Shown here in pieces: positions 1-12,829 of a stretch of DNA of 64,000 nt; within the stretch, counting starts at the first letter, position 1; the number at the start of each line of letters is the position of its first letter. The position numbers and the translations under genes are program-made. The notes under the pieces were generated by a model, which was not told the origin of the DNA, made no database searches, and was given only the letters and a program-made list of their open reading frames with translations. Origin of the DNA: Octopus sinensis (lineage: Eukaryota); the NCBI RefSeq assembly GCF_006345805.1, contig NC_043002.1, positions 113,212,001-113,276,000 of the forward strand, written 5' to 3'.

Positions 1-1949
1 AGTGGTTGGGAGTACTTGAGTGGAAGTGGTTTGAGTTATATTTTTTGATTCATCATAAAACCGACTTTAGTATAGTTAGTGATCATCAAAATTGGCTCAT
101 TATCTTAAGTATTACTGATATGAACAGGCCTTTGTGTCAGATTTGAGTTATCGAAAACAGTAAAGTTATTTTTCCATTTAACTGAATATAATGCAGAGGA
201 ATATCAACAGATTAATTTCTTTTCAAAATGAATATAAAATAAACAATGATTATCGAAAGACCCAGAATAATCGTTATATGGTGCTTCTCTTCAAGAAATT
301 TTAATAATCCAATATGTCAGAATATAATGTCGTGGAGCCTTCCGTCGTGTTGCAGCTAACAACTAATATATGTACATTGTGTGTGCGTGTATATATACAC
401 CTATAAAATCTAGTCAGTATACTTGTCGAACAACACAAAACATATGCAAAAAAAGAACATCAAAAGAATTTCTAATTATAATATTTACAGTCTTCGGGGA
501 TACTTTATCTTTTCAATCCAATGTCTTGGAAAGATATTCTTGTATGTTTGTAGCAATTTTTAGAACTTTGACTTTGTGGAATGGAATATGGAGCAGAAAA
601 AGCGATAACCTTTCAATGGTTGCTAGCTCTTCTATTGAATATATTAAAACTTATTACTCCATTCACTTCAAAAGATTATTTATTCATTGAAAAACTATTT
701 TCGATAGCCGAAACAGTCTTATCTACTGAAACCCTCCTTACTTTCTCCCAAAGCAAAACCATATAGAAATTATTCGAAAGGGCAATAATATAATACTAAA
801 CAAATATGTCTCAATCAACTTATAAATAAAAAAAGAATTCAGTAAGCAACTTTATTTTCGGTTGCTGTCATTTCAAATTACATACGGTACTAATACTCTT
901 GATAATGCCTTTACAAAAAGTTTGAGCATTACACAATCACATTTCCCCTACATCTATTAATCGATAACCGTTCTATCAAAACAAAAGTCAATTTTTCCCA
1001 CTCTATTTAATAACAGTTTATGTTCGAGTTGGGCCGCGTAAAAAGACTAATTTTACAGCACACTCGCCAGAATGGACTTGTTTCTTACAGATTTTAGCTG
1101 TCCTTTCTATTCTTGTGAACCCATTTACTTAAGATAGCTGGTAAGACACATGCAGAAATGCCTTATCAAAAATGTATTTAGTTCATATGTGTGCGAGTGT
1201 GTATATATTATGACTTGTAATCCTCTTACTAGTTACCCGTGAATGTTCCCTCTCCCTCTCTTTCTCTCTCTCTCTCTTTCTCGTTCTCTCTCCTTCTCCC
1301 CCTCTATATATATATTCATCCTTCTAACTTAATAGCTATGACCATATATATGGAAATAACTGAGGAAGGTCTTACGTAATGGATGCATTTCCTCTTATAT
1401 ATTGCACAAACCTGAAACGTGCATATTAAATGATGAAAAAATATCACTATTTGATTTTATCTCATTATTACAACTTTGTGTGTGTGTGTGTGCGCGTGTG
1501 TATGTGTGTGCGCGCGCGCGTGCATATATGTATGCATAGGCCATGAAATTTCAATTAAGTTAGATTTTAGATATAGTCTGAAAAAATGCACATAGTTTAC
1601 CTCGATAAAAAAATATTATCATAATACTACGAATTTGTTAATATTAATATTTATATTTGAATTCATGAAATGTATTTTTTGTGTTGTGTTGAAACTACAA
1701 TAATCAAAAAAATAAAATATAAATATAAAACATGCCATAAATTACAGATTTTTTACTAAATGTATTCATAATCCTCGACCAATCTATTTGACCTGGAGTT
1801 TGTATTTCAATGGATAGTTTCCTTCTTCAAAATAAACCATCTACAGATGTACATTCTGTTAACCGGTCTGCAGAAATACTGACTGAGAATCCAGGGTGGA
1901 TTTTTCATTTTATTTTTATCTAATACATCTCTGTATGTGCGCGTGCACG

Positions 1950-1997
<48 letters not shown>

Positions 1998-3607
1998 ATA
2001 TATATATAATATATATATATATATATACACACATATATATATAGGTTATGAGAGGTAATGGTGTCAAGAAGACAAGAAAACCCAAAGGTGTCAGGTAATG
2101 CTGAGTAAGTACTATGGACAGACTATAGTTAAGCACCAGGTTCGGTGATTATGCGAATGAGGAGTCCAACGTAGGTCATATATCAGCATGAGTATATATA
2201 AAAAAAATTAACAGAATGAGATAAAAATCCAAGGCTGTGAAAGATTTCAGATCATTTATAATAGAAGGTCTTACAGCTGTGTCTGGGATAGTTTATATAT
2301 CCCTTCATCGGAGACGGTGTGAGAAAATGGTTAAGCAATAGTTATTCTAGAGAAGATATGAAAATAGAGAGTGAAGTGGAAGAATGAAAACAGACGTGAG
2401 ATATGCCGAGATATTGTATCTGCAATTCCATTATTTAGGCAGAATGGTATACATATAAGTTTCCGATACCTTGTGTTCCAATTGTATTTAAAATTGGTCA
2501 TTCTAAGCATAGCGTTTGTAGACGGTGTTATTGAATCGAGGGTTTTTTGGAGTGACTTAAAAGTTGGGACTGCGTTTGCAAGTTCAAATCAAAAACTAGA
2601 AGAGAGGAAAAAAAGAAAAGCGGGGTGAGAGATAATAAAGAAATGAAGAGAGGGAAGGTGTACTGGTTAGTGGTCAGTCAGGACAAATTGATAGGAATGA
2701 GGAGGTGAGGGTGAGAGAGAGAGAGAAAGAGATGAGTGGGTAAAGATATGAGAGGGTAAAGTGTAGAGGAGTGTCAGTTGTGTAGCGATAGAGCCTAAGT
2801 GAAGAGCAGAGAGAGGAGGTAGGGGTAGTAGAATGGTGGAATGAAGAATTTGGGAATATAGGTTAGGTTGCTAAGAGGACAGGTCAGTGCTTAGTAGGAA
2901 AAGAATATACTTATGTGAAGGTGCATACATATGCATATATTAAACATGTATTTATACACATCAGCACATATATACGAATACAAAACTCATGTATGTTACA
3001 TGCATTCCCGTATATATACACTCATTTGTATCTAATTTTTACATATACAAAAATTCTTGCATACATAAAGGCATGCATGTAGGCTTGCAGATACGCATAA
3101 TTGTATGTGAGTGTATACATATATGTACGCACACATGCACATACACGTGCACATGCAAAGGCAGGTATGTTTAAATACATCAATATCCACACATACTCAT
3201 ATATAAATTCGTGCTTATATAAAATATCTATACCTAGAATTCCGGTAATTTAGCGCGCCAAAACGAAGACATTTGAATAGCAACCACGAGTGTAATAGGT
3301 CGGACTATATACAAGTTCCGACTATAGTTCTGCAAATTATATTTATTTGGATGGTCACACCGAAGATCTACGGACATTTACGTAAGTAAAATTACGTAAT
3401 ATATTAATAGTGAAACATGTATGCGAGTAATCCATATTTTTATTGCTTTTCTTTTGTCTTGCTCGATTATGTTTCTGGTGTTTGCTAAATTTTTCTTGAG
3501 AACATTTCTTACTGGTAAGACCATAGCGGATCTACTTCTAGCATAAGGGTTGTCCACGTAGTGGTCATCCCTCTCATACGTATATAATACGTATATACCC
3601 CCTCGTA

Positions 3608-4290
3608 TATATGTAGGTAGGTATGTAGGTAGGTGGGTTGGTAGGTAGGTAGGTAGATAGGTTGGTAGGTAGGTAGGTAGGTAGGTAGGTAGGTAAGTAG
3701 GTAGGTAGGTAGGTAAGTAGGTACGTATGTAAGTAGGTAGCTAGCTGGCTAGGTAGGTAGGTAGGTAGGTGGTAGGTAGGTAGGTAGGTAGGTAGGTAGG
3801 TAGGTAGGTAGGTAGGTGGGTTGGTAGGTAGGTAGGTAGGTAGGTAGGTAGGTAGGTAAGTAGGTAGGTAGGTAAGTAGGTATGTATGTAAGTAGGTAGC
3901 TAGCTGGCTAGGTAAGTAGGTAGGTAGGTAGGTAGGTAGGTAGGTAGGTAGGTAGGTAGGTAGGTAGGTAGGCATCTAGCTGGCTAGGTAGGTAGGTAGG
4001 TAGGTAGGTACGTACGTATGTAGGTACGTATATAAGTAGGTACCTAGCTGGCTAGGTAGCTAGCTAGCTGGCTAGGTAGGTAGGTAGGTAGGTCGGTAGG
4101 TAAGTAGGTAGGTAGGTAAGTAGGTACATATGTAAGTAGGTAGATAGCTGGCTAGGTAGGAAGGTAGGTAGGTAGGTAGGTAGGTAGGTAGGTAGGTAGG
4201 TAGGTAGTTAGGTAGGTAGTTAGGTAGGTAGGTAGGTAGGTAGGTAGGTAGGTAGGTAGGTAGGTATGTAGGTAGGTAGGTAGGTACATA
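3608..4290. repeat. (TAGG)n tetranucleotide microsatellite, imperfect
   Basis: Direct reading; explains the PTYL-repeat ORFs at 3574-4374. Confidence 0.97.
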
Positions 4291-4925
4291 GTGTTTCTCT
4301 GTATGCTTGCATGCATGTACGCATGTATCTATAAAAGTTTGCACAGAGAGACACACGTCCACACACATACACAATTACAATTCGTATATAAAAAATAAAA
4401 CATTGTTTTGTTGCAATAAAATTTTGCTCCCGGGTTGATCAACATCACCAAATAATAACTGGACGATTGAGACTGCAAGTAAAATGCTTTAGTTAAAAAG
4501 ATACAGTGAAAACAATGGAATCCACATTACCTCGCAATTAATTATACATAAAGTATTTCCTATTTTGATTGAGATACAAAATTGAATTAACATTAATTGA
4601 TTCCGGTCAGAATATCTGGCAATGGTGAATGGCTGATTTTTTTTAGAAATTCAGATAGAGGCCAATATTTTAATGCTCTCTGTACCCTTGGGCATATTTG
4701 GCTCAGAATATTCCAGTAACCACAGTAGAGTGAATTTGGGAAATACACAACAAAAAATAGAAAGAAATATATACACTGTGGTTACGTATTCAACTATTTC
4801 AATTATATAGTCTTTCAACAACACACAATATATATACACACAATATATATACACACAATATATATATATATATATTCAAATATACATATATGTGTGTGTG
4901 CGTAAGTGTGCGTGTGTGTGCGTAT

Positions 4926-4967
<42 letters not shown>

Positions 4968-4980
4968 TGTGTATGTATGC

Positions 4981-5028
<48 letters not shown>

Positions 5029-5116
5029 GTATATATATATATATAATTATACTTATGTAAATATTTTATAATGTATGTATATATATATTATATATATATA
5101 TATTTGTATATATATA

Positions 5117-5234
5117 TCACGTGATCACGTGACCGACCAGTCCATCAGATGTAGTTACACATCGCTGGTCACAATGCATTCGCATTGTTTTAGCCTTCGA
5201 ACGACGCCACCCCGCTGGCTAAGCGAGCAGGTCA
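5117..5234 (-). mobile_element. 5'-truncated SINE family C, tail variant d, embedded in (TA)n
   Basis: Near-identical to 17174-17293; begins with the palindrome tcacgtgatcacgtga; (TA)n on both sides. Confidence 0.75.
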
Positions 5235-5269
<35 letters not shown>

Positions 5270-5374
5270 ACTAATGAGGGAGATAAATTAATATTAATTT
5301 TAATATCAATTTAAAACCAGTAGTCCAGCATACAAAAAATCTGAGAAGTCAGAGAAAATTCTAATATATGTGTA

Positions 5375-5495
5375 TATTGGCAGGGCAAGACTGCTAGGTA
5401 GTCGGCCGTATGCTAGAAATAGAAATTGTAGTTTGATCGTTGATGATCTATTTCTAGCATACGGCCGACTACCTAGCAGTCTTGCCCTGCCAATA
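5375..5495. repeat. Perfect inverted repeat (49-bp arms, 23-nt loop); foldback/MITE-like
   Basis: 5375-5423 is the exact reverse complement of 5447-5495. Confidence 0.9.
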
Positions 5496-5496
5496 C

Positions 5497-5901
<405 letters not shown>

Positions 5902-6259
5902 TCTATCTGTGTGTATGTGTATGTGTATGTGGGTATGTTGTAATTTGAGTTTATATTTTAATGCATTTTTAGTTTACGTCCGTCTTTTTTCATTTGCTTA
6001 TATTCTTCATACATTTGCCTGTAGTGAAAACAAGTTCAGCCTTAGAAACCGAAAGAATTTCTCCGCCATTTCAAATTACATTTACGTCAGTTTTTCTTGT
6101 ATTTCAATTTGCTAAGTTTTAAAGCATTTTTTCGGCCGCTTTTCGACTAAAGCTTTAATTTGTTAATTTGTTAGTTGCACATATTGCCTTAACTCTCTTA
6201 CATTCTTACACACAAACACACACACAAACATATATATATACATATATATATTATATATA

Positions 6260-6339
<80 letters not shown>

Positions 6340-6437
6340 TATATATATATATATGGAAATATATATATATATAGATTTCTGTTTCAGGAGGTGTTGTAGA
6401 ATTCCAGTAAGATTTCCATCGCATATATTCCTATTTA

Positions 6438-6864
6438 CATGTATGTATGTATGTGTGTATGTATGTATGCATGTATGTATGTATGCATGCATGCATGTAT
6501 GTATGTACGTATGTATGTATTCATGTATGTATGTATGTATGTATGTAGGCATGCATGTATGTATGTATGTATGCATATATGTATGTATGTATGTATGTAT
6601 GCATATATGTATGTATGTATATATGTATGTATATATGTATGCATACATGCATGTATGTATGTATGTGTATGTATGTATGTATGTATGCATGCATGTATGT
6701 ATTATGCATGTATGCATGTATGCATGCATGTATGTATGTATGCATATATGTATGTATGTATGTATGTATGCATATATGTATGTATGCATGTATGTATGTA
6801 TGCATGTATGTATGTATGTATGTATGTATGTATGTATGTATGTATGTATGTATGTATGTATGTG
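6438..6864. repeat. (TATG)n/(CATG) microsatellite
   Basis: Direct reading; source of the MYVC/HTYI ORFs. Confidence 0.97.
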
Positions 6865-6957
6865 GTTCAAAACTGTACAGAAAACAAAAATCAAAAGTTA
6901 GACAGGTGAGAGAACAGACAAGATGTATTAGTTTGATGTTCAGGGAAAATGGAGAGT

Positions 6958-6993
6958 CCTTGACGTTTCGAGGCTACGCTCTTCTACAGAAAG
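6958..6993 (-). ncRNA. Minimal hammerhead-like motif with core substitution (CUGUAGA)
   Basis: Minus strand: cttt CTGTAGA a gagc gtag cctc GAAAC GTC aagg; same family as 50545-50580. Confidence 0.45.
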
Positions 6994-8877
6994 GAAATTG
7001 TATTCGTGTGTGTATGTATGCATGTATGTTTGTATGTATGTATGTATGTATGTTTGTATGTATGTATGTATATGTGTGTGTGCGTGTTATGAGTGTATGT
7101 GTACGTGCGTGTGTGTGTGTGTGCATGTGTGTGTCTGTCTGTCTGTGTCGCACCTTAAATGGAATTCATAGATGCTCATCATAAGCTGTTCTTCAGAAGA
7201 CGAGAAATACAAATCACAAATATAGAGCTAGCATGTTTATATAACAGAGAGGTGGAAAGAATGGTAAGGGAACGGAAGAGGGGGCTGTTATCCAGGCCCT
7301 CACAACCACAATAGTGGACCTATGTTGATAAGAATCAATATAGAGCATGAAAATATTGCTGCAACGCAGAATTTCGTTAGACGACATAATTCTCGTTGAT
7401 TTTCATGAGATGTGTACTGTCATTTTTTTCAAACTCCAGGTCAAAGAAGCAATGCTTCTATAAAGTGAGTTTATAAACACATTATTCAGGATGTGTACAC
7501 CAAAAACAAATATTTGAAAGATAAATTCATTGGGGAATAAAAATGCAGTAATAGCGTTGTCAACAATAATTTTGGTACCAGGACGCTTCGAAAGAATACG
7601 GGTTACTATTGGTCGGATTTCGTATCCAACCAACAGCTATTCTCAGAAACTGAGATGTGCCCTGATGCTTGTATGATGCAGGAGCGTCAGTTGAGACAGT
7701 TTGGACCTGTTGCTCAATTTTCTGAGTAGGTCCCTGCGCATTATGTTCTCTTCTCTGAAGATCCGTCTGGGGTGAAGCTTCGAGTTGACCAGTTACATAT
7801 CATATGATCCTGGCGGATGGGGAAGCATCTCGCAGAGACGGGAAATGACATGGACGCTGCTCGGAGAGTTACCTGGGACAAGCCGAGGAATACTGACAAA
7901 TGATAGATGCAGCGACTTGCCTCAACGGCGCATACCCCATACCCTACCGGAATAGCGTTGTAGTGTGTGTAAATACTACGAATTTTAATTGCTGCATGAC
8001 TGAAGTTGCTGTAATGGGAGTTATTTTGAGACAGAGGGAAGCGAGGGAATTCTAAATCGCCGACGTTCTTGGGTGTAATATTTATTGTGGACCCTACACC
8101 GCAACAAGCTGGTGAAAGGAGAGTTAAGTGGTTGGGAGTACCTGAGGGGAAGCGGTTTGAGTCGAGCTAATTCTGAGCACTAGAGGCAATTAAAGAAGCA
8201 GTAGAAAAGGCCGTTATTGCAGATTATCTATGAGTGATTTATGCCAATCGGTCGGGTGGTGGGGTCTTTTATGGATGTGATATAAGATGTCAGTTGTTCC
8301 ATAGCTGTGCCATAGCTGTGGGTATAACACTGTATAACATCGGAGCTTTGTAGAGTGTCAGTGATTATTGAAGAAAGCAGCAGCATCTGGTCCTGAAGAG
8401 AAGGTCCAGTCTTTGAGATGCGGTCTTGGAATCCATAGGGGAGCAGTTTTGATAGATTTCATACCAGACATGGTGAACAATATTGCAGTTGCTGAAGGCG
8501 ACAACATTGATTTTAGCAAGTTTTTCCGAGGCGAGACATGGGATAAAATTGAGGGCATAGGAGAACGAGCCACTTTTGGATCTGACTTTATGGAGGCTAT
8601 ACTGTTGGTTTTTAACAGGAGAGAGAGACAGAGAAAGATGGACAGACAGAGTGAGTGATACAAGGTGAGAGTAATCATTGTTGTAAATAGCTGTTTCCAT
8701 TAACCTGGAAATATTAGGGTGAGATGATAGTTAACATGTTTCAAAATATCCTGATGAAGTTTGGTGAGTAAATGGGCTAATTCTGAGGTGCAATTTTTAA
8801 GCTCGGTAGAAAGGACAACGTGAGGTTCGTTGGCGTTGTTTGTTTGAATCTACCAAAGTTACTTTCGCTCTTGGTAT

Positions 8878-9263
8878 GTGGAAGCGCTCCGTCGGTTACG
8901 ACGACGAGGGTTCCGGTTGATCCGAATCAACGGAACAGCCTGCTCGTGAAATTAACGTGTAAGTGGTTGAGCACTCCACAGACACGTGTACCCTTAACGC
9001 AGTTCTCGGGGATATTCAGCGTGACACAGAGAGTGACAAGGCCGGCCCCTTGAAATACAGGTACAACAGAAACAGGAAGTAAGAGTGAGAGAAAGTTGTG
9101 GTGAAAGAGTACAGCAGGGATCACCACCATCCCCTGCCGGAGGCTCGTGGAGCTTTTAGGTGTTTTCGCTCAATAAACACTCACAACGTCCGGTCTGGGA
9201 ATCGAAACCGCGATCCTACGACCGCGAGTCCGCTGCCCTAACCACTGGGCCATTGCGCCTCCA
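8878..9263 (-). mobile_element. Full-length SINE family C (tail a) with 12-bp TSD
   Basis: tRNA-like head with A/B boxes (tggcccagtgg; ggtttcgattccc); TSD cgctcttggtat at 8866-8877 and 9264-9275. Confidence 0.92.
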
Positions 9264-9872
9264 CGCTCTTGGTATATGTGTATACAAAACTGTAGGCCTG
9301 AAAGAGTGAACAGGAATAGAGTTGAGCTGGCGAAAGATTTGGAGTGAGATTCTTCAAATGTAGTTCGAATACTTTTTTTTGCTTGAACAGCCACCGTGCA
9401 ACTATGACCGAATTTCTTATAGGATTTGTGAAGGACATTCCTAAAAGTGTAGGTTCAGATGTTTCTTATAAATGAAGAGCGATAATCATATGATGCCAGA
9501 GATAGCATAAAACTAATGAAAGATCACCGACCAGTTGACTTAGTACCATAGCGCGCGAGGTCTAGAAGGTATTGCGTAGTATAATGATGTAGTATATACT
9601 CTCGGAAGCCTAGACCGAATGCTTTCAACAAAGCCACCGCTTCTAAAGGCACTAAATAGACAGAAAATGTCTTTACATCAGAATTTACACCTTACTCTTT
9701 CTAGAAAACCCTCTACAAACACGTAACTTCCACTCAAAAAGCCATTCTATTTATCTGCACACTACGTTAAATCTCTTCGTTGATTCACACACTCAGGAGC
9801 CATTCCATATTCAGAGCGCTGGACTTAGTTAGGTATTATTCACATTATTGTAGATGAAAATTTGAGTGCTTT

Positions 9873-9965
9873 TCAATTTGACAACTTTTCTCCCACAACA
9901 AATCTTTGTAATATATCAAATTTAATGTCCAATGTAATCACCTGGCGACTACTTTTGGCATTATG
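9873..9965 (-). pseudogene. Tigger/pogo-like transposase N-terminal (CENP-B-type HTH) remnant
   Basis: SRQVITLDIKFDILQRFVVGEKLSN resembles the R-x-x-ITL-x-x-K-x-x-I-x-x-R-x-x-x-GE start of pogo/Tigger transposases; no TIR identified. Confidence 0.45.
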
Positions 9966-10229
9966 CCTTCGCCTCTTCTTTATGATTTTCTCCCCATTTC
10001 TCGTGAATAATGACGATACAACAAACTGTGCGTGATTGTACTTACATAAGACTATAGCAGACATAAATAACAATTGCTCACCAAGAAGCAGGATAGGACA
10101 ATCCGAGGAAACTAATAATGGTTTTCATCAGCAAAGAATTGAATTGGCCGGTGGTAAGAAACTGCAATATTCGTAGAATGGAGGGACGGGTGCGGATGTA
10201 TAACAGTGTCATACCAAATATATATAAGT

Positions 10230-10450
10230 AGAAGGCGGCGAGCTGGTAGAAACGTTAGCACGCCGGGCGAAATTCGTAGCCGTATTTCGTCTGTCGTTGC
10301 GTTCCGAGTTCAAATGCCGCCGAGGTCGACTTTGCCTTTCATCCTTTCGGGGTCGATAAATTAAGTACCAGTTACGCACTGGGGTCGATGTAATCGACTT
10401 GATCCCTTTGTCTGTCCCCTCTGTGTTTAGCCCCTTGTGGGTAGTAAAGA
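10230..10450 (+). mobile_element. Full-length SINE family B (CORE-like central domain) with 13-bp TSD
   Basis: gaaggcggcgagctgg head, gtcgactttgcctttcatcctttcggggtcgataaa body; TSD aatatatataagt at 10217-10229 and 10451-10463. Confidence 0.9.
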
Positions 10451-10478
10451 AATATATATAAGTTATTTTATATAAATA

Positions 10479-10665
10479 TTGGGTTGTCCGGAAAGTTCGT
10501 GCCGATTTTTAAAGAAAAGAAAATGGTCAATAAATACTTGCCATTACATTTTTAGTCAACAAAATATGAGCCATTTTGTTGCACAATGCGTCTCCATCTT
10601 TCCTTTAACTTGAAAATACCCTCTTCCCAGAATTGAGGTGGTTTCATGGCAAATAATTCATCTAG
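10479..10665 (-). mobile_element. Mariner 3' end: transposase C-terminus plus TIR
   Basis: Minus frame 10665-10552 reads LDELFAMKPPQFWEEGIFKLKERWRRIVQQNGSYFVD*; mariner-type TIR ttgggttgtccggaaagttcgtgccga next to TA. Confidence 0.85.
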
Positions 10666-10832
10666 AGGCCACAACTTTCAATTGAGCAAACTCAAAGTTG
10701 CCATGCAACCTCCCCACCACTTTTAACATAGGTGTGTAAATTTTCAGGTCAATCCAACCACATTTACTAACACTTTTGCCTGCACAACTGCTTCTGAGAC
10801 AACGTCCGCTCTGTTCACAAATATATAGTAGA
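10666..10832 (-). mobile_element. Helitron-like 5' fragment, related to 14170-14403
   Basis: Minus strand starts TC-tactatatatttgtgaa; shares gagacaacgtccgc and ttttgcctgcac blocks with 14170-14403. Confidence 0.35.
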
Positions 10833-10881
10833 CTAGCAGAGAAATTAAAACGGGATTAAAATGGCATAGATTTTTGTCCTT

Positions 10882-11172
10882 TTATTTGTTTCAGTCATGT
10901 GACTACGGCCATGCTGGAGCACCGCCGTTGGGTAAAGAAATCGACCACAGGATTTATTTTATGTAAGCCTAGTACTTATTCTATCAGTGTCTTTTGCCAA
11001 ACCGCTAGGCTATGGGAACGTAAACACAGCAACATCGGTTGTCAAGCAATAGTGGGTACACACAAACACACACACACACACACACACATACACACACACG
11101 CAGAAACAAACAAATATACACATATATACGACAGTTGCCTTTCAGTTTTCCGTGTACGAAATCCACTCACAA
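10882..11172 (-). mobile_element. SINE family A, partial
   Basis: Matches the 3' two-thirds of the family A consensus seen elsewhere in the window. Confidence 0.85.
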
Positions 11173-11431
11173 GGCTATAGTGTCTAAGAAGTGTGTACGG
11201 GCAACCCCATACAATTTTTAGACACCATACATATACGTACCTTACTTTAATGTAAAGCCAATCCTTAAAATACCGCTTACCTCACTTTGCCCACCTATCT
11301 TTCTCTTTATCTTCGTTTTTTTTTTTTGTTTTTTTTACCAATTAACAGCCACCTCCGATACCATTCTGTTATTGAACGTTGATATGTTCGCATCTTTGTC
11401 TTGGAATTTCTTCCTATAATAATATTGTATA

Positions 11432-11846
11432 GGCGCAGGAGACGCTGTGTGGTAAGTAGCTTGCTAACCAACCACATGGTTCAGTGTTCAGTCCCACTGC
11501 GTGGCATCTTGGGCAAGTGTCTTCTGCTATAGCCCTGGGCCGACCAATGCCTTGTGAGTGGATTTGGTAGACGGAAACTGAAAGAAGCCCGTCGTATATA
11601 TGTATATATATGTGTGTGTGTGTGTGTGTATATGTTTGTGTGTCTGTGTTTGTCCCCCTAGCATTGCTTGACAACCGATGCTGGTGTGTTTATGTCCCCG
11701 TCACTTAGCGTTTCGGCAAAAGAGACCGATAGAATAAGTACTGGGCTTACAAAGAATAAGTCCCGGGGTCGAGTTGCTCGATTAAAGGCGGTGCTCCAGC
11801 ATGACCGCAGTCAAATGACTGAAACAAGTAAAAGAGTAAAAGAGTA
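11432..11846 (+). mobile_element. Full-length SINE family A (tRNA-derived head, internal TA/GT microsatellite, (AAGAGTA)n tail)
   Basis: ggcgcaggag...gctgtgtggtaagtagcttgc head; body repeated more than 20 times in the window. Confidence 0.92.
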
Positions 11847-12007
11847 TATGACTTGAGATGTTAACCTTGCCTTAATGTTTGACGTCTCGTTTAACTATTA
11901 TATATCTGATGCATCGGAAATTTGCAATAACCTTGGAACCCCAGTAATTCGTTACAGCACTTACCTAGCGTACCTAATCACCTGTGAACTAATACCCCAT
12001 ACTTTAT

Positions 12008-12050
<43 letters not shown>

Positions 12051-12073
12051 GTGTACGCATGTATGCATGTATG

Positions 12074-12110
<37 letters not shown>

Positions 12111-12112
<2 letters not shown>

Positions 12113-12483
12113 TAATTAATAAGGGTTCAGCAACGATTTGCCTCACCACACACCAAATTTAGAAATAGCAGTCAAAAAGTTTTGCCTATTCTTTCTACTT
12201 AAAAGGGGGATCCCAGTAAAACCAAACCACTTAAAAAACAAACGACGCAGGCAAAAGAGAAGGAAATGACGGAAATCATTCTATATTAAGTTACCTACGG
12301 ACGCACGTTTCAGAATTAAGTCATTGTAGAGCATAAAAATTAAATAATTATGTCTTACCTGACTATTTTCCTCCTCAGCGTAGGACTCTTCAATTATAGA
12401 TAATTGCGGCTCAATTATTAATAATTGTGTATTAAATTTGAAGGCACTAGAAGACATCACCTCAACTCATGGTATCAGAGCGA
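12111..12483 (-). mobile_element. Diverged partial copy of the 591-bp hammerhead-bearing repeat unit
   Basis: Colinear with 46153-46513; (TA)n on both sides; minus-strand HHR core at 12294-12384. Confidence 0.8.
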
Positions 12484-12559
12484 TATATATATATATATAA
12501 ATAGTAATACAATACGAGAGTATTGCTTTCCAGTAAAGAATAGCCCGTGAGGGAAAATT

Positions 12560-12829
12560 ATACATAGAAGTAAATATATGGTACAACGAAGTACCGATAT
12601 TTACTGGAAAATAGCGAACGTAAAAATACGACGCTAATGTATAGCTTCACCTTCATCTTTCAGATGTTCTTCGCCCGGAGGTAAGACAATTTTTTCAAGT
12701 TTGTTGCACACACGCATTTTTGCTAGTACATACGCGGTTGAAGCTATACATTAGCGTCGTATTTATTACGTTCGCTATTTTCCAGTAAATATCGGTACTT
12801 CGTTGTACCATATATTTACTTCTATGTAT
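12560..12829. repeat. Inverted repeat with ~90-bp arms and 89-bp spacer
   Basis: 12560-12649 is the reverse complement of 12739-12829 apart from one indel. Confidence 0.9.

Noticed and set aside
9180-9263. tRNA-like sequences with A and B boxes, also at the heads of SINE families A, B and D
   Set aside because: They are SINE heads followed by SINE bodies and TSDs, not stand-alone tRNA genes.
12470-12481. TGGTATCAGAGC directly after ...CA, identical to the plant initiator-Met primer-binding site found in LTR elements and plant retrozymes
   Set aside because: The metazoan initiator tRNA would give TGGTAGCAGAG, the homologous position in the array units lacks the leading TG, it is antisense to the hammerhead, and there is no second LTR or PPT. 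Treated as coincidence.
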